Source: an uncultured Candidatus Saccharibacteria bacterium
Lineage (GTDB): Bacteria > Patescibacteriota > Minisyncoccia > Phycocordibacterales > CALRHW01
NCBI GenBank assembly: GCA_964407105.1
Contig: CAYOUG010000001.1
Coordinates: 8,059 to 72,058, forward strand
Direction: 5' to 3'
DNA: 64,000 bases
Positions 9,296-18,078 of this stretch are shown here, piece after piece (within the stretch, counting starts at the first letter, position 1; each line of letters begins with the position of its first letter). The notes under the pieces were generated by a model, which saw only the letters and a list, made by a program, of their open reading frames with translations, was not told the DNA's origin and made no database searches. Both the position numbers and the translations under genes were made by a program.

Positions 9296-9853
9296 TTATT
9301 TACGTCGAACAATAAGTATCGCTGAAAGTAGGATGTTTCCACATATCCAAGCTACAATCCAAGAAGAAGAAAGAAATGTGTAATACTCCACAGCAAACAG
9401 TGCCAAACAAAATCTTAAAGCATTGGTTACATAGAGCGAAAGTGTTTCTGAATATGGCTCATAATATGATTTGCGAACTGTTGGAATAAAAGCAAACATA
9501 TCAGCGAGAATAACTAAAATCATAGAGATCACAGGCTGGTCAACGATGAGCCAAAAAAATATTGCAACGAGAGATAAAACTGCCACTACCGTATCAGATC
9601 TTGTTATATCTTTCTTACCATTTTTAAAACTTAAAATAACGACCCCGATACACAAAAGTCCGGCAGATATTGTCACCAACACAGCGGGTCCAGCACCTCC
9701 CTTGATTTGTAGGGCAACAAGTAAGATCGTGAGTAGTCCCCACAATGACCAACTATAAATATGTGGGCGAGTTTTACCATTTAAAATATCACGATAGTAC
9801 GGGATATATGCCACAAAAGTTAGTACAGCAGCAGCAATGCCAATAATTTCTTT
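9296..9853 (-). CDS. integral membrane protein, PQ-loop/SemiSWEET-like repeats (ORF may extend to 9979)
   Basis: About 6-7 TM helices. LTFVAYIPYYRDILNGKTRPHIYSWSLWG resembles the PQ-loop motif (LPQ...K.T...S...W). Start chosen at MKEIIGIAAA; upstream in-frame M residues exist. Confidence 0.35.
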   Translation of the reverse strand, partial: KEIIGIAAAVLTFVAYIPYYRDILNGKTRPHIYSWSLWGLLTILLVALQIKGGAGPAVLVTISAGLLCIGVVILSFKNGKKDITRSDTVVAVLSLVAIFFWLIVDQPVISMILVILADMFAFIPTVRKSYYEPYSETLSLYVTNALRFCLALFAVEYYTFLSSSWIVAWICGNILLSAILIVRRK

Positions 9854-9975
9854 CATTCTTTTTTGCGGGCCCACTCCGACTCGAACGGAGAACTGCGCTT
9901 TTGGAGAGCGATGTTTTACCATTGAAACTATAGGCCCAATGTGGTTATGGTAGCAGAAAAAACTGGTTTTTAAAA

Positions 9976-10032
9976 GCAAAAAACGCTTCCGAACGAGTTA
10001 GCGAAGCGCTTTAGAGAGGAAGCGTTTTTTGC
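9976..10032. repeat. hairpin element family 1 copy (conserved core, co-varying arms); bidirectional terminator-like
   Basis: Arms gcaaaaaacgcttcc/ggaagcgttttttgc flank the core gaacgagttagcgaagcgctttagagag. T-runs lie on both sides. Lies downstream of rpmG. Confidence 0.7.
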
Positions 10033-10039
10033 GTTTTTA

Positions 10040-10198
10040 TTACTTCTTTGCTTCTTTATGAGGAGTGCGTTTCTTACACCAAGAACAATACTTTTTGAGC
10101 TCTATTTTTCGCTCAACAAGCTTCTTGTTTTTACCAGTTTGGTAGTTTGCTCGTTTGCAAGTTTTACAAACAAGTTTGATTAATCGATCTTGTGACAT
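10040..10198 (-). CDS. rpmG: 50S ribosomal protein L33
   Basis: MSQDRLIKLVCKTCKRANYQTGKNKKLVERKIELKKYCSWCKKRTPHKE shows the L33 Cys pattern. The ORF-track start lies upstream; start taken at MSQD. Confidence 0.8.
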   Translation of the reverse strand: MSQDRLIKLVCKTCKRANYQTGKNKKLVERKIELKKYCSWCKKRTPHKEAKK

Positions 10199-10277
10199 AG
10201 GCACTACTATACAAAAAAGCCCTAAAAAAAGCAATATTATGCCTAAGAGCTAACCTTATGCTATCTTGGGCACTTCT

Positions 10278-11420
10278 CTAAAGATAAATACGCTTAATGA
10301 GGGGATTAAGGCGAGTCACAAACTCATAGGGTGAATTGTGGGCCAAATCAGCGAGCTCTTCGGCTCGTATAATTTCCCCACCGTCGGTTCCGATAAGCGT
10401 TACTTCATCACCCACAGAAACATCAGGAATATCAGTAGTGTCGATGATAATCATATCCATAGAAACACGACCGAGGACTCGCGCGCGTGCTCCACGCACA
10501 AGGACACATCCCACGCTCGAAAGCGCGCGCGCATACCCATGCCAATATCCGATCGGACAAATAGCAATAGTACTATCGCGCGAAAAAGTTTCTGTAAAAT
10601 CATAACCCACCGAATCCCCCTTTGGCACCTTTTTTACTTCACCAATAATTGTTCGCCAAGACAAAATTGGTTTTAATTCTACTTTTTGTGAAGAAAACAT
10701 TTTTGTTTCTTTTGATGGCCAAATGCCATAAAGAGCAATACCGATACGCACCATATCAAAATGAGCTTGAGGAAAAATAAGTGTTCCACCACTTGCTGAT
10801 GTGTGTTTTATCGTTTTAAAACCAGCTTGATCAAAAGCACTTACCCACACACCAAAAGAAACCACCTGAGCAAGAGTTTTTTCTGGAACAGACGGATCTT
10901 TTGCTGCCGCAAAATGCGTAAAAAGACCTTCCACCAAAACTTTATTTTCAAGCACTTTGAGCATATCAATCACCTCTTGTATTTGAAATTCCTGAAAACC
11001 CTGTCTGTGCATGCCGGTGTCTACCTTTATATGAATTTTTAGTTTTTTTGAAAAATTAATCGAAGCAATAACTCCAAGTAATTCAAATGTGGAAACGGTA
11101 ATGCTAATATCAAGATCCGCTGCGCGTGGAAGCATTTCTGGAAGTGTATATCCAAGCACAAGTATTGGCTTTGTTACACCTTCTTCACGAAGCGCAAGGG
11201 CTTCCATAATAGAATCAACGCCAATCCAATCGACGCCACTTTTTTCCATCTCTTTTGCAACACCCACAAAGCCGTGCCCATAAGCATTAGACTTCACCAC
11301 CGACATTATTTTGCAGTTTTTTGAAAGATTTTTTTTAAGTGTTAAATAATTATGTTCAAGTGCCTTGGTATCTATTTCAATCCATGTGCGCAAACCTTTT
11401 CTCTCGAGATCTTTTTTCAT
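10278..11420 (-). CDS. alr: alanine racemase
   Basis: Start taken at MKKDLERKGLRTWIEID; PLP-lysine region VVKSNAYGHG. The ORF-track N-terminal extension (MLRSARRPARCFS...) runs through tRNA-Tyr and repeat copy B, so it is rejected. Confidence 0.85.
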   Translation of the reverse strand: MKKDLERKGLRTWIEIDTKALEHNYLTLKKNLSKNCKIMSVVKSNAYGHGFVGVAKEMEKSGVDWIGVDSIMEALALREEGVTKPILVLGYTLPEMLPRAADLDISITVSTFELLGVIASINFSKKLKIHIKVDTGMHRQGFQEFQIQEVIDMLKVLENKVLVEGLFTHFAAAKDPSVPEKTLAQVVSFGVWVSAFDQAGFKTIKHTSASGGTLIFPQAHFDMVRIGIALYGIWPSKETKMFSSQKVELKPILSWRTIIGEVKKVPKGDSVGYDFTETFSRDSTIAICPIGYWHGYARALSSVGCVLVRGARARVLGRVSMDMIIIDTTDIPDVSVGDEVTLIGTDGGEIIRAEELADLAHNSPYEFVTRLNPLIKRIYL

Positions 11421-11421
11421 C

Positions 11422-11508
11422 TGGTGCGTAGGGAAGGATTCGAACCTTCGTAGCCCAATGGGCGACAGATTTACAGTCTGTTGCGATTGACCGCTCCGCC
11501 ACCTACGC
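11422..11508 (-). tRNA. tRNA-Tyr (anticodon GTA), class II long variable arm, encoded CCA
   Basis: Reverse complement folds with acceptor GCGTAGG/CCTACGC, anticodon loop CTGTAAA, long extra arm, T-loop TTCGAAT and a CCA end. Confidence 0.85.
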
Positions 11509-11548
11509 AATACCACGAATTCTAAGCCAAAATTGACCTTAAGTAAAG

Positions 11549-11652
11549 CTGTAAAATAAGTGTTTGAAAAGCATCGCGCAGGCCGACGGGCCGAGCGTAG
11601 CAAAATCGCAGCAGCGATTTATGCGTGGTTTTCAAACACTTATTTTATAGCT
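11549..11652. repeat. nested-hairpin intergenic repeat element, family 2, copy B (inverted relative to A)
   Basis: About 27-bp arms (taaagctgtaaaataagtgtttgaaaa / ttttcaaacacttattttatagcttta). Core is the reverse complement of ccacgcataaatcgctgctgcgattttgctacgctcggcccgtcggcctgcgcgatgc. Lies downstream of gyrB. Confidence 0.7.
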
Positions 11653-11655
11653 TTA

Positions 11656-13737
11656 CTAGATATCAATCGTCGCTTTCTTTGCATTCGACTGAATAAAAGA
11701 TTTTCGAGACGGCACATCAGTACCCATGAGAATATCAAAAACTTTGTCAGCGGCCACACCATCTTCAACGGCTACTTGTTTTAAAATACGATTGCCCGGA
11801 TCCATAGTGGTCTCCCAAAGTTCTTCTGAGTTCATTTCTCCAAGACCTTTGTAACGCTGAATAGAAATTTTATTTTTTCGAGGCACTTTTCCTTTTGTTT
11901 CAGAAGTAGTATTTTCGTTACCCGCTTCTCCACCACCCTCTTCTTCAAAATCTCCACTGTCACCTTGAGAATCTTCCATTATTTCTTCTGCGGAAACATC
12001 TTTTCCAATTTTTTCGATCTTTTCAGCATCAGTGTAGGCATACATTACCTCCTTCCCTTTTTTAATTTTATAGAGTGGTGGCTGAGCAATATATACAAAT
12101 CCCCCGTCAATAAGCGGTCGGAAAAAACGATATAAAAGTGTCAAAATAAGTGTACGAATATGCGCACCGTCCACGTCGGCATCGGTTGCAAGAATAATTT
12201 TGTGATAGCGGAGCTTGGTAATATCAAAAGTGTCGCCAATAGCCGTACCGAGCGCGACCACCAAATTTTTAATTTGCTCTGATTCAAGCATACGATCAAG
12301 ACGCGCACGCTCAATATTTAAAATTTTTCCTCGAAGTGGTAGCACCGCTTGTGTGCGTCTATCGCGACCAGATTTTGCTGTACCGCCCGCAGAATCTCCC
12401 TCTACAATAAAAAGCTCCGACTCACTTGCGTCTTTCGTCTGACAATCTGCAAGTTTTCCGGGAAGTGTCATGCCTTCAAGTGCGCCCTTTCGAAGCACAC
12501 TGTCTTTTGCTGCTTTTGCAGCCTTGCGAGCTTTGAGCGCAAGCACAACCTTATTGATCATTGCACGTGCATCTTCAGGATTTTCTTCTAGAAAATAATT
12601 GAATGATTCACTAAAAATAGTTTCCACCGCGCCACGAGCTTCTACTGTACCGAGTTTTGCTTTTGTTTGACCTTCAAATTGAATTTCTCGAAGTTTGATA
12701 GACACCACAGCGGTCAGACCTTCAAGAGCATCTTCTCCAGTAAAATTATCCTCGTTTTCCTTAACCATATTATTTTTGCGTGCATAGGCATTAAGTGTAC
12801 GAGTGAGAGCGGTTTTAAAACCAGTAATATGTGTTCCACCTTCTGAGTTATAAATATTGTTTGCGAAAGCCAAAATTCTGCTTGAAATATCATCTACATA
12901 CTGCAAAGAAACTTCCACCGACTCATATTCATTTGTTGGCTTTTCAACATAAAAAATATTTTTGTGAATTGGCTTAAGGGTTTGATTGTAAAACTTTACC
13001 ATAGAAAGAATACCTCCTTCAAAATAAAAAGTTTGTGACGGTGCATCTACCCCAAGCTCACTGAAATAAAATATTTCTCCAGGAATTTCTTTTGTATAAT
13101 TTCTTGCGTCAATAACAGAAATACGAAGACCTTTTACAAGATATGCTTGCTGACGCATGTGTCCCACAATACGATTGAAATCGAAAGTTTGTTTACCAAA
13201 AATTTCTTCATCTGGTTCAAAGGAAATTATTGTTCCGCTGTGTTTTGTGGCACTCACACGCTTTACCACTGCTTTTCTTTTTCCTCGACTATACTCCTGA
13301 ACATAATAACCACCGTCTTTATGAATCTCTGCTTTTACATAAACAGAAAGTGCGTTTACTACAGAAGCACCCACACCATGAAGACCTCCCGACACCTTGT
13401 ATCCTTCACCACCAAATTTTCCTCCAGCGTGAAGTGTTGTCATAATTGTTTCAAGTGCAGAAACTTTTGTTTGTTTATGAATATCAACAGGAATACCTCG
13501 GCCGTTGTCTGTTACACGTACGCGATTATTTGGCAAAAGAACAATTTCAATATTATCGGCAAAGTCACCCATCGCTTCGTCGCGGGAGTTATCAAAAATT
13601 TCAGTAACGAGGTGATGGAAACCATCTGGACCGGTAGTACCAATGTACATACCCGGACGTTTTCGTACTGGTTCCAAACCCTCGAGCACCGAGATTGCTT
13701 CTGCGGTATATCCTCCTTTTTTTTCTTCTTTTGCCAT
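11656..13737 (-). CDS. gyrB: DNA gyrase subunit B
   Basis: 693 aa; GHKL ATPase, TOPRIM and C-terminal domains; EGDSAGG motif. Confidence 0.95.
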   Translation of the reverse strand: MAKEEKKGGYTAEAISVLEGLEPVRKRPGMYIGTTGPDGFHHLVTEIFDNSRDEAMGDFADNIEIVLLPNNRVRVTDNGRGIPVDIHKQTKVSALETIMTTLHAGGKFGGEGYKVSGGLHGVGASVVNALSVYVKAEIHKDGGYYVQEYSRGKRKAVVKRVSATKHSGTIISFEPDEEIFGKQTFDFNRIVGHMRQQAYLVKGLRISVIDARNYTKEIPGEIFYFSELGVDAPSQTFYFEGGILSMVKFYNQTLKPIHKNIFYVEKPTNEYESVEVSLQYVDDISSRILAFANNIYNSEGGTHITGFKTALTRTLNAYARKNNMVKENEDNFTGEDALEGLTAVVSIKLREIQFEGQTKAKLGTVEARGAVETIFSESFNYFLEENPEDARAMINKVVLALKARKAAKAAKDSVLRKGALEGMTLPGKLADCQTKDASESELFIVEGDSAGGTAKSGRDRRTQAVLPLRGKILNIERARLDRMLESEQIKNLVVALGTAIGDTFDITKLRYHKIILATDADVDGAHIRTLILTLLYRFFRPLIDGGFVYIAQPPLYKIKKGKEVMYAYTDAEKIEKIGKDVSAEEIMEDSQGDSGDFEEEGGGEAGNENTTSETKGKVPRKNKISIQRYKGLGEMNSEELWETTMDPGNRILKQVAVEDGVAADKVFDILMGTDVPSRKSFIQSNAKKATIDI

Positions 13738-13898
13738 TGGTTTAAATTGTGTAAACAGTAATCCGCTTTGTGGCGGATAAAATAAGGCTTAAAATCTACT
13801 GTTTTATAGCAATATTGTATCAAAAAAAAGGTCAAAAAACAATGAATTGTACACATCACAAAGCACCTTTTTTGTGGTCTAAATACAATGGAAAGTAC

Positions 13899-13926
13899 TT
13901 GACAAATATATTAGGTATGATATAAT
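13899..13926 (+). promoter_or_regulatory. consensus sigma70 promoter TTGACA-16-TATAAT (plus strand)
   Basis: ttgacaaatatattaggtatgatataat. It is divergent from gyrB, and there is no plus-strand protein gene of 60 aa or more downstream. Confidence 0.5.
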
Positions 13927-14008
13927 AGATACAGATGATGCTGGAACAGACCGTGCTCTAGTTGAGTACAGAACCAGCGTTAAGGGGAACCTAGCAAGAG
14001 GAATCCCA

Positions 14009-14098
14009 ATGAAGACTTCACTGATCGTCGCTGTTGATGGTACCACCTACGGATCGTCCGAGGAGTACCTGAGCAACGGTCCGGTTCACACCAAGTGA
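14009..14098 (+). CDS. candidate 29-aa small ORF (MKTSLIVAVDGTTYGSSEEYLSNGPVHTK) within a short promoter-to-terminator unit
   Basis: SD aagagga lies 6 nt upstream of the ATG. The region has higher GC than its flanks. It could instead be a structured sRNA. Confidence 0.3.
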   Translation: MKTSLIVAVDGTTYGSSEEYLSNGPVHTK

Positions 14099-14150
14099 AT
14101 CGGAAGGAAAAGAAGTCTCATGAGTAGTTTATGAGACCAAAAGATGTTTC

Positions 14151-14195
14151 GGGCTCGCAGTAAAATGCGGGCCCTTTCTTTTTGTTTATTTTTCT
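14151..14195 (+). terminator. Rho-independent terminator (9-bp GC stem gggctcgca/tgcgggccc plus T-run)
   Basis: Stem-loop followed by tttctttttgtttattttt. Ends the plus-strand unit that starts at the 13899 promoter. Confidence 0.6.
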
Positions 14196-14220
14196 TCACC
14201 CAAAAATCTAATTTATTTTT

Positions 14221-16203
14221 CTATCTCACTCGCCAACCAGATTGTGCATTCAATATATTTGTCACCTTTTTCATTACTTCGTTTATTTCTTGGTCATCAA
14301 GTGTGCGCTCATCAGATTGAAAAACTAAATTATAAGCAAAAGAAGTTTTCTTTGTACCGTCTTCAAAATTTTTATTAAAAACATCAAAAAGTGAAATTGA
14401 TGTCAAAAGCTTCCCCGCTTCACGAGAGATAAGATCTTCCACAAAATCTGCTCCCACTTCATTTGGTACAAATACAGCGATATCTCTCAACGCAAAAGGA
14501 TACTGTGAAATCTTTTTGTATTTTATTTGTTGATTTACAAAATGAGTATTATCAATATTTTTTTCTGGTAATAATTCAACAATTTCATCAAGATCAAATT
14601 CGAGTGTGTTGGTGGATTTGTTAGCTTTTATTTTTCCTTTAAATCCGATCTGTTCTGCTATAGTATGAGAAATATCTTCTAGCATTTTCAAAATAGTTGC
14701 GTCAGCGTTTTTTATTTTTTTAACAGAAGCAATTGAAATACCCAAAGAAAGATTTTCTCCTTTTGACGTAAATACTTTTCCTATTTCAAAAATTTTTACA
14801 AAGTCATACAGTTTGAGAAGCGGAGCATTATACAAATTTAGATCCAAACTTTGCAACAAACCTTCGGCAAGATTTTCTCGCAAAAACTTTTTATCTGATG
14901 CGATTGGATTTTGTAATTCTCGCTCGCCAGAATTTCTAAATGAATACGTATAAACTTCTGAAAAACCATTCTCTATAAGAATTGAACGGATAACATCGGT
15001 ATAAACAACGGTTTTATTTGGTGTTACATTCGCGAAAGCACCGATAGTATCTTTTGGTTCAAGCGGTGGCACATTGAAAAATCCATACACGCGCCCCACC
15101 TCTTCAATCAGATCCTCTTTTATAACAAGATCTAAACGTTCGTAAGGCACCGTTACTAAAAGTGTGTCGTCTAACATTTCTAACACACAGCCTAGATGTT
15201 TTAAAATTTGAATAATTTTTTTGTGAGTAATTGCGAAACCAAGTACGTTTTCTATATCTTTAAAAGTAAATTTGATGGTGTGTTGGGGTTTTTGATCAAC
15301 TCGCACATCTACAAGTGCTTCAATAGATCCTTCCGCAATATTCACAATGAGTTCACACACATCTTGAAGTGCTTCCACAGTAATTTCTGGAGTAATACCG
15401 TTTTCAAAACGCACAGAAGCATCAGTGCGTAAGCCAAGAAATTTTGAGGTGGTGCGAATTTTTATAGAATCAAAATTTGCAGATTCAAGAAGAATGTTTG
15501 TGGTGTTTTCATCAATAGAAGCAACGGTGCCACCCTTTATACCAGCAATTCCAAGAATTTTATTGTCTTTGCAATTTTTGTCGGTAATAACTAGTGTGTC
15601 CTGAGGAAGTTCATAAGTTTTTCCATCAAGAGCGTCCATTTTTTCACCTTCTTTTGAATTGCGGACTAAAATTGCATAAGAATTATTTTTTTCAATCAAT
15701 TTTGCAAGATCAAATGCGTGGAGTGGTTGACCAAGCGCAAACATTACATAATTTGTTGCATCAACAATATTGTTAATTGATTTTTGACCAATAGCTTCAA
15801 TTTTTTCTACAAGCCACGCTGGCGATTCTTTTACAGACACACCACGAATAATAGCTGAGCTGTATCGAGTACAAAGATTTTTGTCAGCAATGTCCACGGT
15901 CAGCGCTTCACTTTTAAAATCAGCGCTCTCCTTTCGTGGTGTCACCTTTAATTTTCGTCCGAGAAGAGTTCCGATTTCTCTTGCAATACCGCGATGTGAA
16001 AGACAATCATGTGCGCGATTTGGTAATATTTTTATATCAAAAACAAAATCGCTATGAATGCGCCGCGCGCCGTCGATGGCAGGCAAAACTTCATCTACCG
16101 ACTCCACCTCAAAAGCATACATAGTGAAAAGTTCTGCGAGTTCGCGCGGCGCAGGCAGTTTTTCATCAAAATATGTTTGTAGCCAGTTGTATGAAATTTT
16201 CAT
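14221..16203 (-). CDS. pheT: phenylalanyl-tRNA synthetase beta subunit (short form)
   Basis: 660 aa; B3/B4 and B5 domains; overlaps the upstream small gene by 4 nt. Confidence 0.93.
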   Translation of the reverse strand: MKISYNWLQTYFDEKLPAPRELAELFTMYAFEVESVDEVLPAIDGARRIHSDFVFDIKILPNRAHDCLSHRGIAREIGTLLGRKLKVTPRKESADFKSEALTVDIADKNLCTRYSSAIIRGVSVKESPAWLVEKIEAIGQKSINNIVDATNYVMFALGQPLHAFDLAKLIEKNNSYAILVRNSKEGEKMDALDGKTYELPQDTLVITDKNCKDNKILGIAGIKGGTVASIDENTTNILLESANFDSIKIRTTSKFLGLRTDASVRFENGITPEITVEALQDVCELIVNIAEGSIEALVDVRVDQKPQHTIKFTFKDIENVLGFAITHKKIIQILKHLGCVLEMLDDTLLVTVPYERLDLVIKEDLIEEVGRVYGFFNVPPLEPKDTIGAFANVTPNKTVVYTDVIRSILIENGFSEVYTYSFRNSGERELQNPIASDKKFLRENLAEGLLQSLDLNLYNAPLLKLYDFVKIFEIGKVFTSKGENLSLGISIASVKKIKNADATILKMLEDISHTIAEQIGFKGKIKANKSTNTLEFDLDEIVELLPEKNIDNTHFVNQQIKYKKISQYPFALRDIAVFVPNEVGADFVEDLISREAGKLLTSISLFDVFNKNFEDGTKKTSFAYNLVFQSDERTLDDQEINEVMKKVTNILNAQSGWRVR

Positions 16204-16415
16204 AATTCTTTTATAAATTGAAATCTCGGCATCTTTTTGCCATCAATATCCACCTCTTCTAAAAACATACTAAGCGGTCTCACCCAAAACTTAACATCTG
16301 ATTCATATTGCGGTTCATAAACCACCATATCTTCCATGGTTTCAGAATGTTTAGCCACAAAATGTGCACGATACATTTTTCCTTTATAGTGTTTGTAAAT
16401 GCCCGATTTAAACAT
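16200..16415 (-). CDS. DUF1653 family protein
   Basis: 71 aa; YKHYKG...Y.V...HSET..MVVY motif typical of DUF1653. Sits between pheS and pheT. Confidence 0.6.
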   Translation of the reverse strand: MFKSGIYKHYKGKMYRAHFVAKHSETMEDMVVYEPQYESDVKFWVRPLSMFLEEVDIDGKKMPRFQFIKEL

Positions 16416-16424
16416 ATTAATATT

Positions 16425-17180
16425 TCAAAATTGATTTGTTACCCGAAGATCTCCATTATAAAGTAAACGAACATCATCTACTCCGTATTTGAGCATCAAC
16501 AATCTATCTACACCGCCACCAAAAGCAAAACCTCGATATTTTTCTGAATCAATACCCACATCTTTTAAAACTTTTGGATGTACCATTCCTGCGCCCATTA
16601 TTTCTATCCATCCAGTGTTTTTACAAACAGAACAACCCTTTCCATCACACTTAAAACAAGACATATCTATTTCTACACCCGGCTCAACAAAAGGGAAAAA
16701 ACTTGGGCGAAAACGTACAGAAACCGTAGTACTAAAAAGTTTTCGAAAAAAGGTCTCAAGAACCCATTTCAAGTGTGCGAGCGATACGTCTGTATCCACC
16801 ATAAGCCCCTCTATTTGATAAAATTGGGCTTCATGCGTAGCATCTGTGGCTTCATGACGAAACACCTTTCCTGGGGCAATAATGCGAATTGGTGGCTTGT
16901 TTTTTTCCATATGACGCACCTGTACAGGAGAAGTATGGGTACGCAAAAGCTCACGAGTATTTTGTGGTTTAAGCCAAAATGTATCCCACATGTCTCGCGC
17001 AGGATGATGGCTTGGAATATTTAATGTATCGAAATTATAATGTTCATTTTCAATCTCCGGACCGTCAGCAACAGAAAAACCCATATCTGCAAAAATAGAA
17101 ATAATATCTTTTGTAACAATACTTAATGGATGCAGATGTCCGCGTGTCATTTTATTTTTTTGTGTATTTTCTATATCCAT
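16425..17180 (-). CDS. pheS: phenylalanyl-tRNA synthetase alpha subunit (short form)
   Basis: 251 aa; class II motifs ([37 protein letters not shown]). Confidence 0.93.
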   Translation of the reverse strand: MDIENTQKNKMTRGHLHPLSIVTKDIISIFADMGFSVADGPEIENEHYNFDTLNIPSHHPARDMWDTFWLKPQNTRELLRTHTSPVQVRHMEKNKPPIRIIAPGKVFRHEATDATHEAQFYQIEGLMVDTDVSLAHLKWVLETFFRKLFSTTVSVRFRPSFFPFVEPGVEIDMSCFKCDGKGCSVCKNTGWIEIMGAGMVHPKVLKDVGIDSEKYRGFAFGGGVDRLLMLKYGVDDVRLLYNGDLRVTNQF

Positions 17181-17190
17181 ATCATTTACA

Positions 17191-18057
17191 TTACAAGTCC
17201 ATCAGTTGATATATTGTGCCCTTGTCTTGCACATATACTCTTCCGTCAAATATACGGAAGTCTGGTTTTTCTCCTTTATATAAAGTATAAAAATTTTGAT
17301 ATTTTCTGGTGTCTAATTCTAAAGCAAAAATTCCTTCCGAAACAGCAATTATCACAACATCATCTCTACCCGGATAAAAATCTATATGACGAATATTATT
17401 TGCACCGTTAAATATAGTTCGAGTCATTTCACACAAACCATTTATACAAAAATATGTCGGTAAACGACTTTCATCCCCCCTCCACTGAGCATAAATTTGC
17501 GTATCATCAAACCACACCTTCATTTTCTTTTTGGTGATTGCATAAATATTTGGGGTTGTAGTAGAAACACTAGAAGTGGCCACCGAAGCTGTTTGTTGAT
17601 ACTTAAAAATTAGAGCCAATCGATCATATTCTGCTTTTGTTACGCGAGTAGAGCTTGCATGAGAAGATGTGGCAGTAATAACCTCAAGCATATCTATTCG
17701 CTTTGGTACAAGAAGTGGGTAAACCGGCGACACTTCTCCTTCTTTTACATCCACATATTTTGCCCATGGCCAAAAAATATCATTTGACACCAACACCAAA
17801 TATGATTGTGGCTTAAGATTTTGTAAAAACATTTCTCTATTAAATGTGCTTGAAACATTTTTCAGTTCATCATTTATATATATTTCAGCGTTATTTTCAG
17901 TCACAAAAACATAAAGACCACCACGTTCAGTAATCTCATAATCTTTTGTAAAACGATAACCGAGAGAATAAAATACAATAAATGGAATAACTATTATAAA
18001 AATAGCAGTGAAAGAAAAAAAATAGAAAGCACGTTTTTTGGGAACCATCGGTTTCAT
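17191..18057 (-). CDS. hypothetical membrane-anchored protein (possible PEGA-like domain)
   Basis: 288 aa; N-terminal TM helix followed by a beta-rich domain. Confidence 0.45.
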   Translation of the reverse strand: MKPMVPKKRAFYFFSFTAIFIIVIPFIVFYSLGYRFTKDYEITERGGLYVFVTENNAEIYINDELKNVSSTFNREMFLQNLKPQSYLVLVSNDIFWPWAKYVDVKEGEVSPVYPLLVPKRIDMLEVITATSSHASSTRVTKAEYDRLALIFKYQQTASVATSSVSTTTPNIYAITKKKMKVWFDDTQIYAQWRGDESRLPTYFCINGLCEMTRTIFNGANNIRHIDFYPGRDDVVIIAVSEGIFALELDTRKYQNFYTLYKGEKPDFRIFDGRVYVQDKGTIYQLMDL

Positions 18058-18078
18058 AGCAATACTATATCACAGCAA

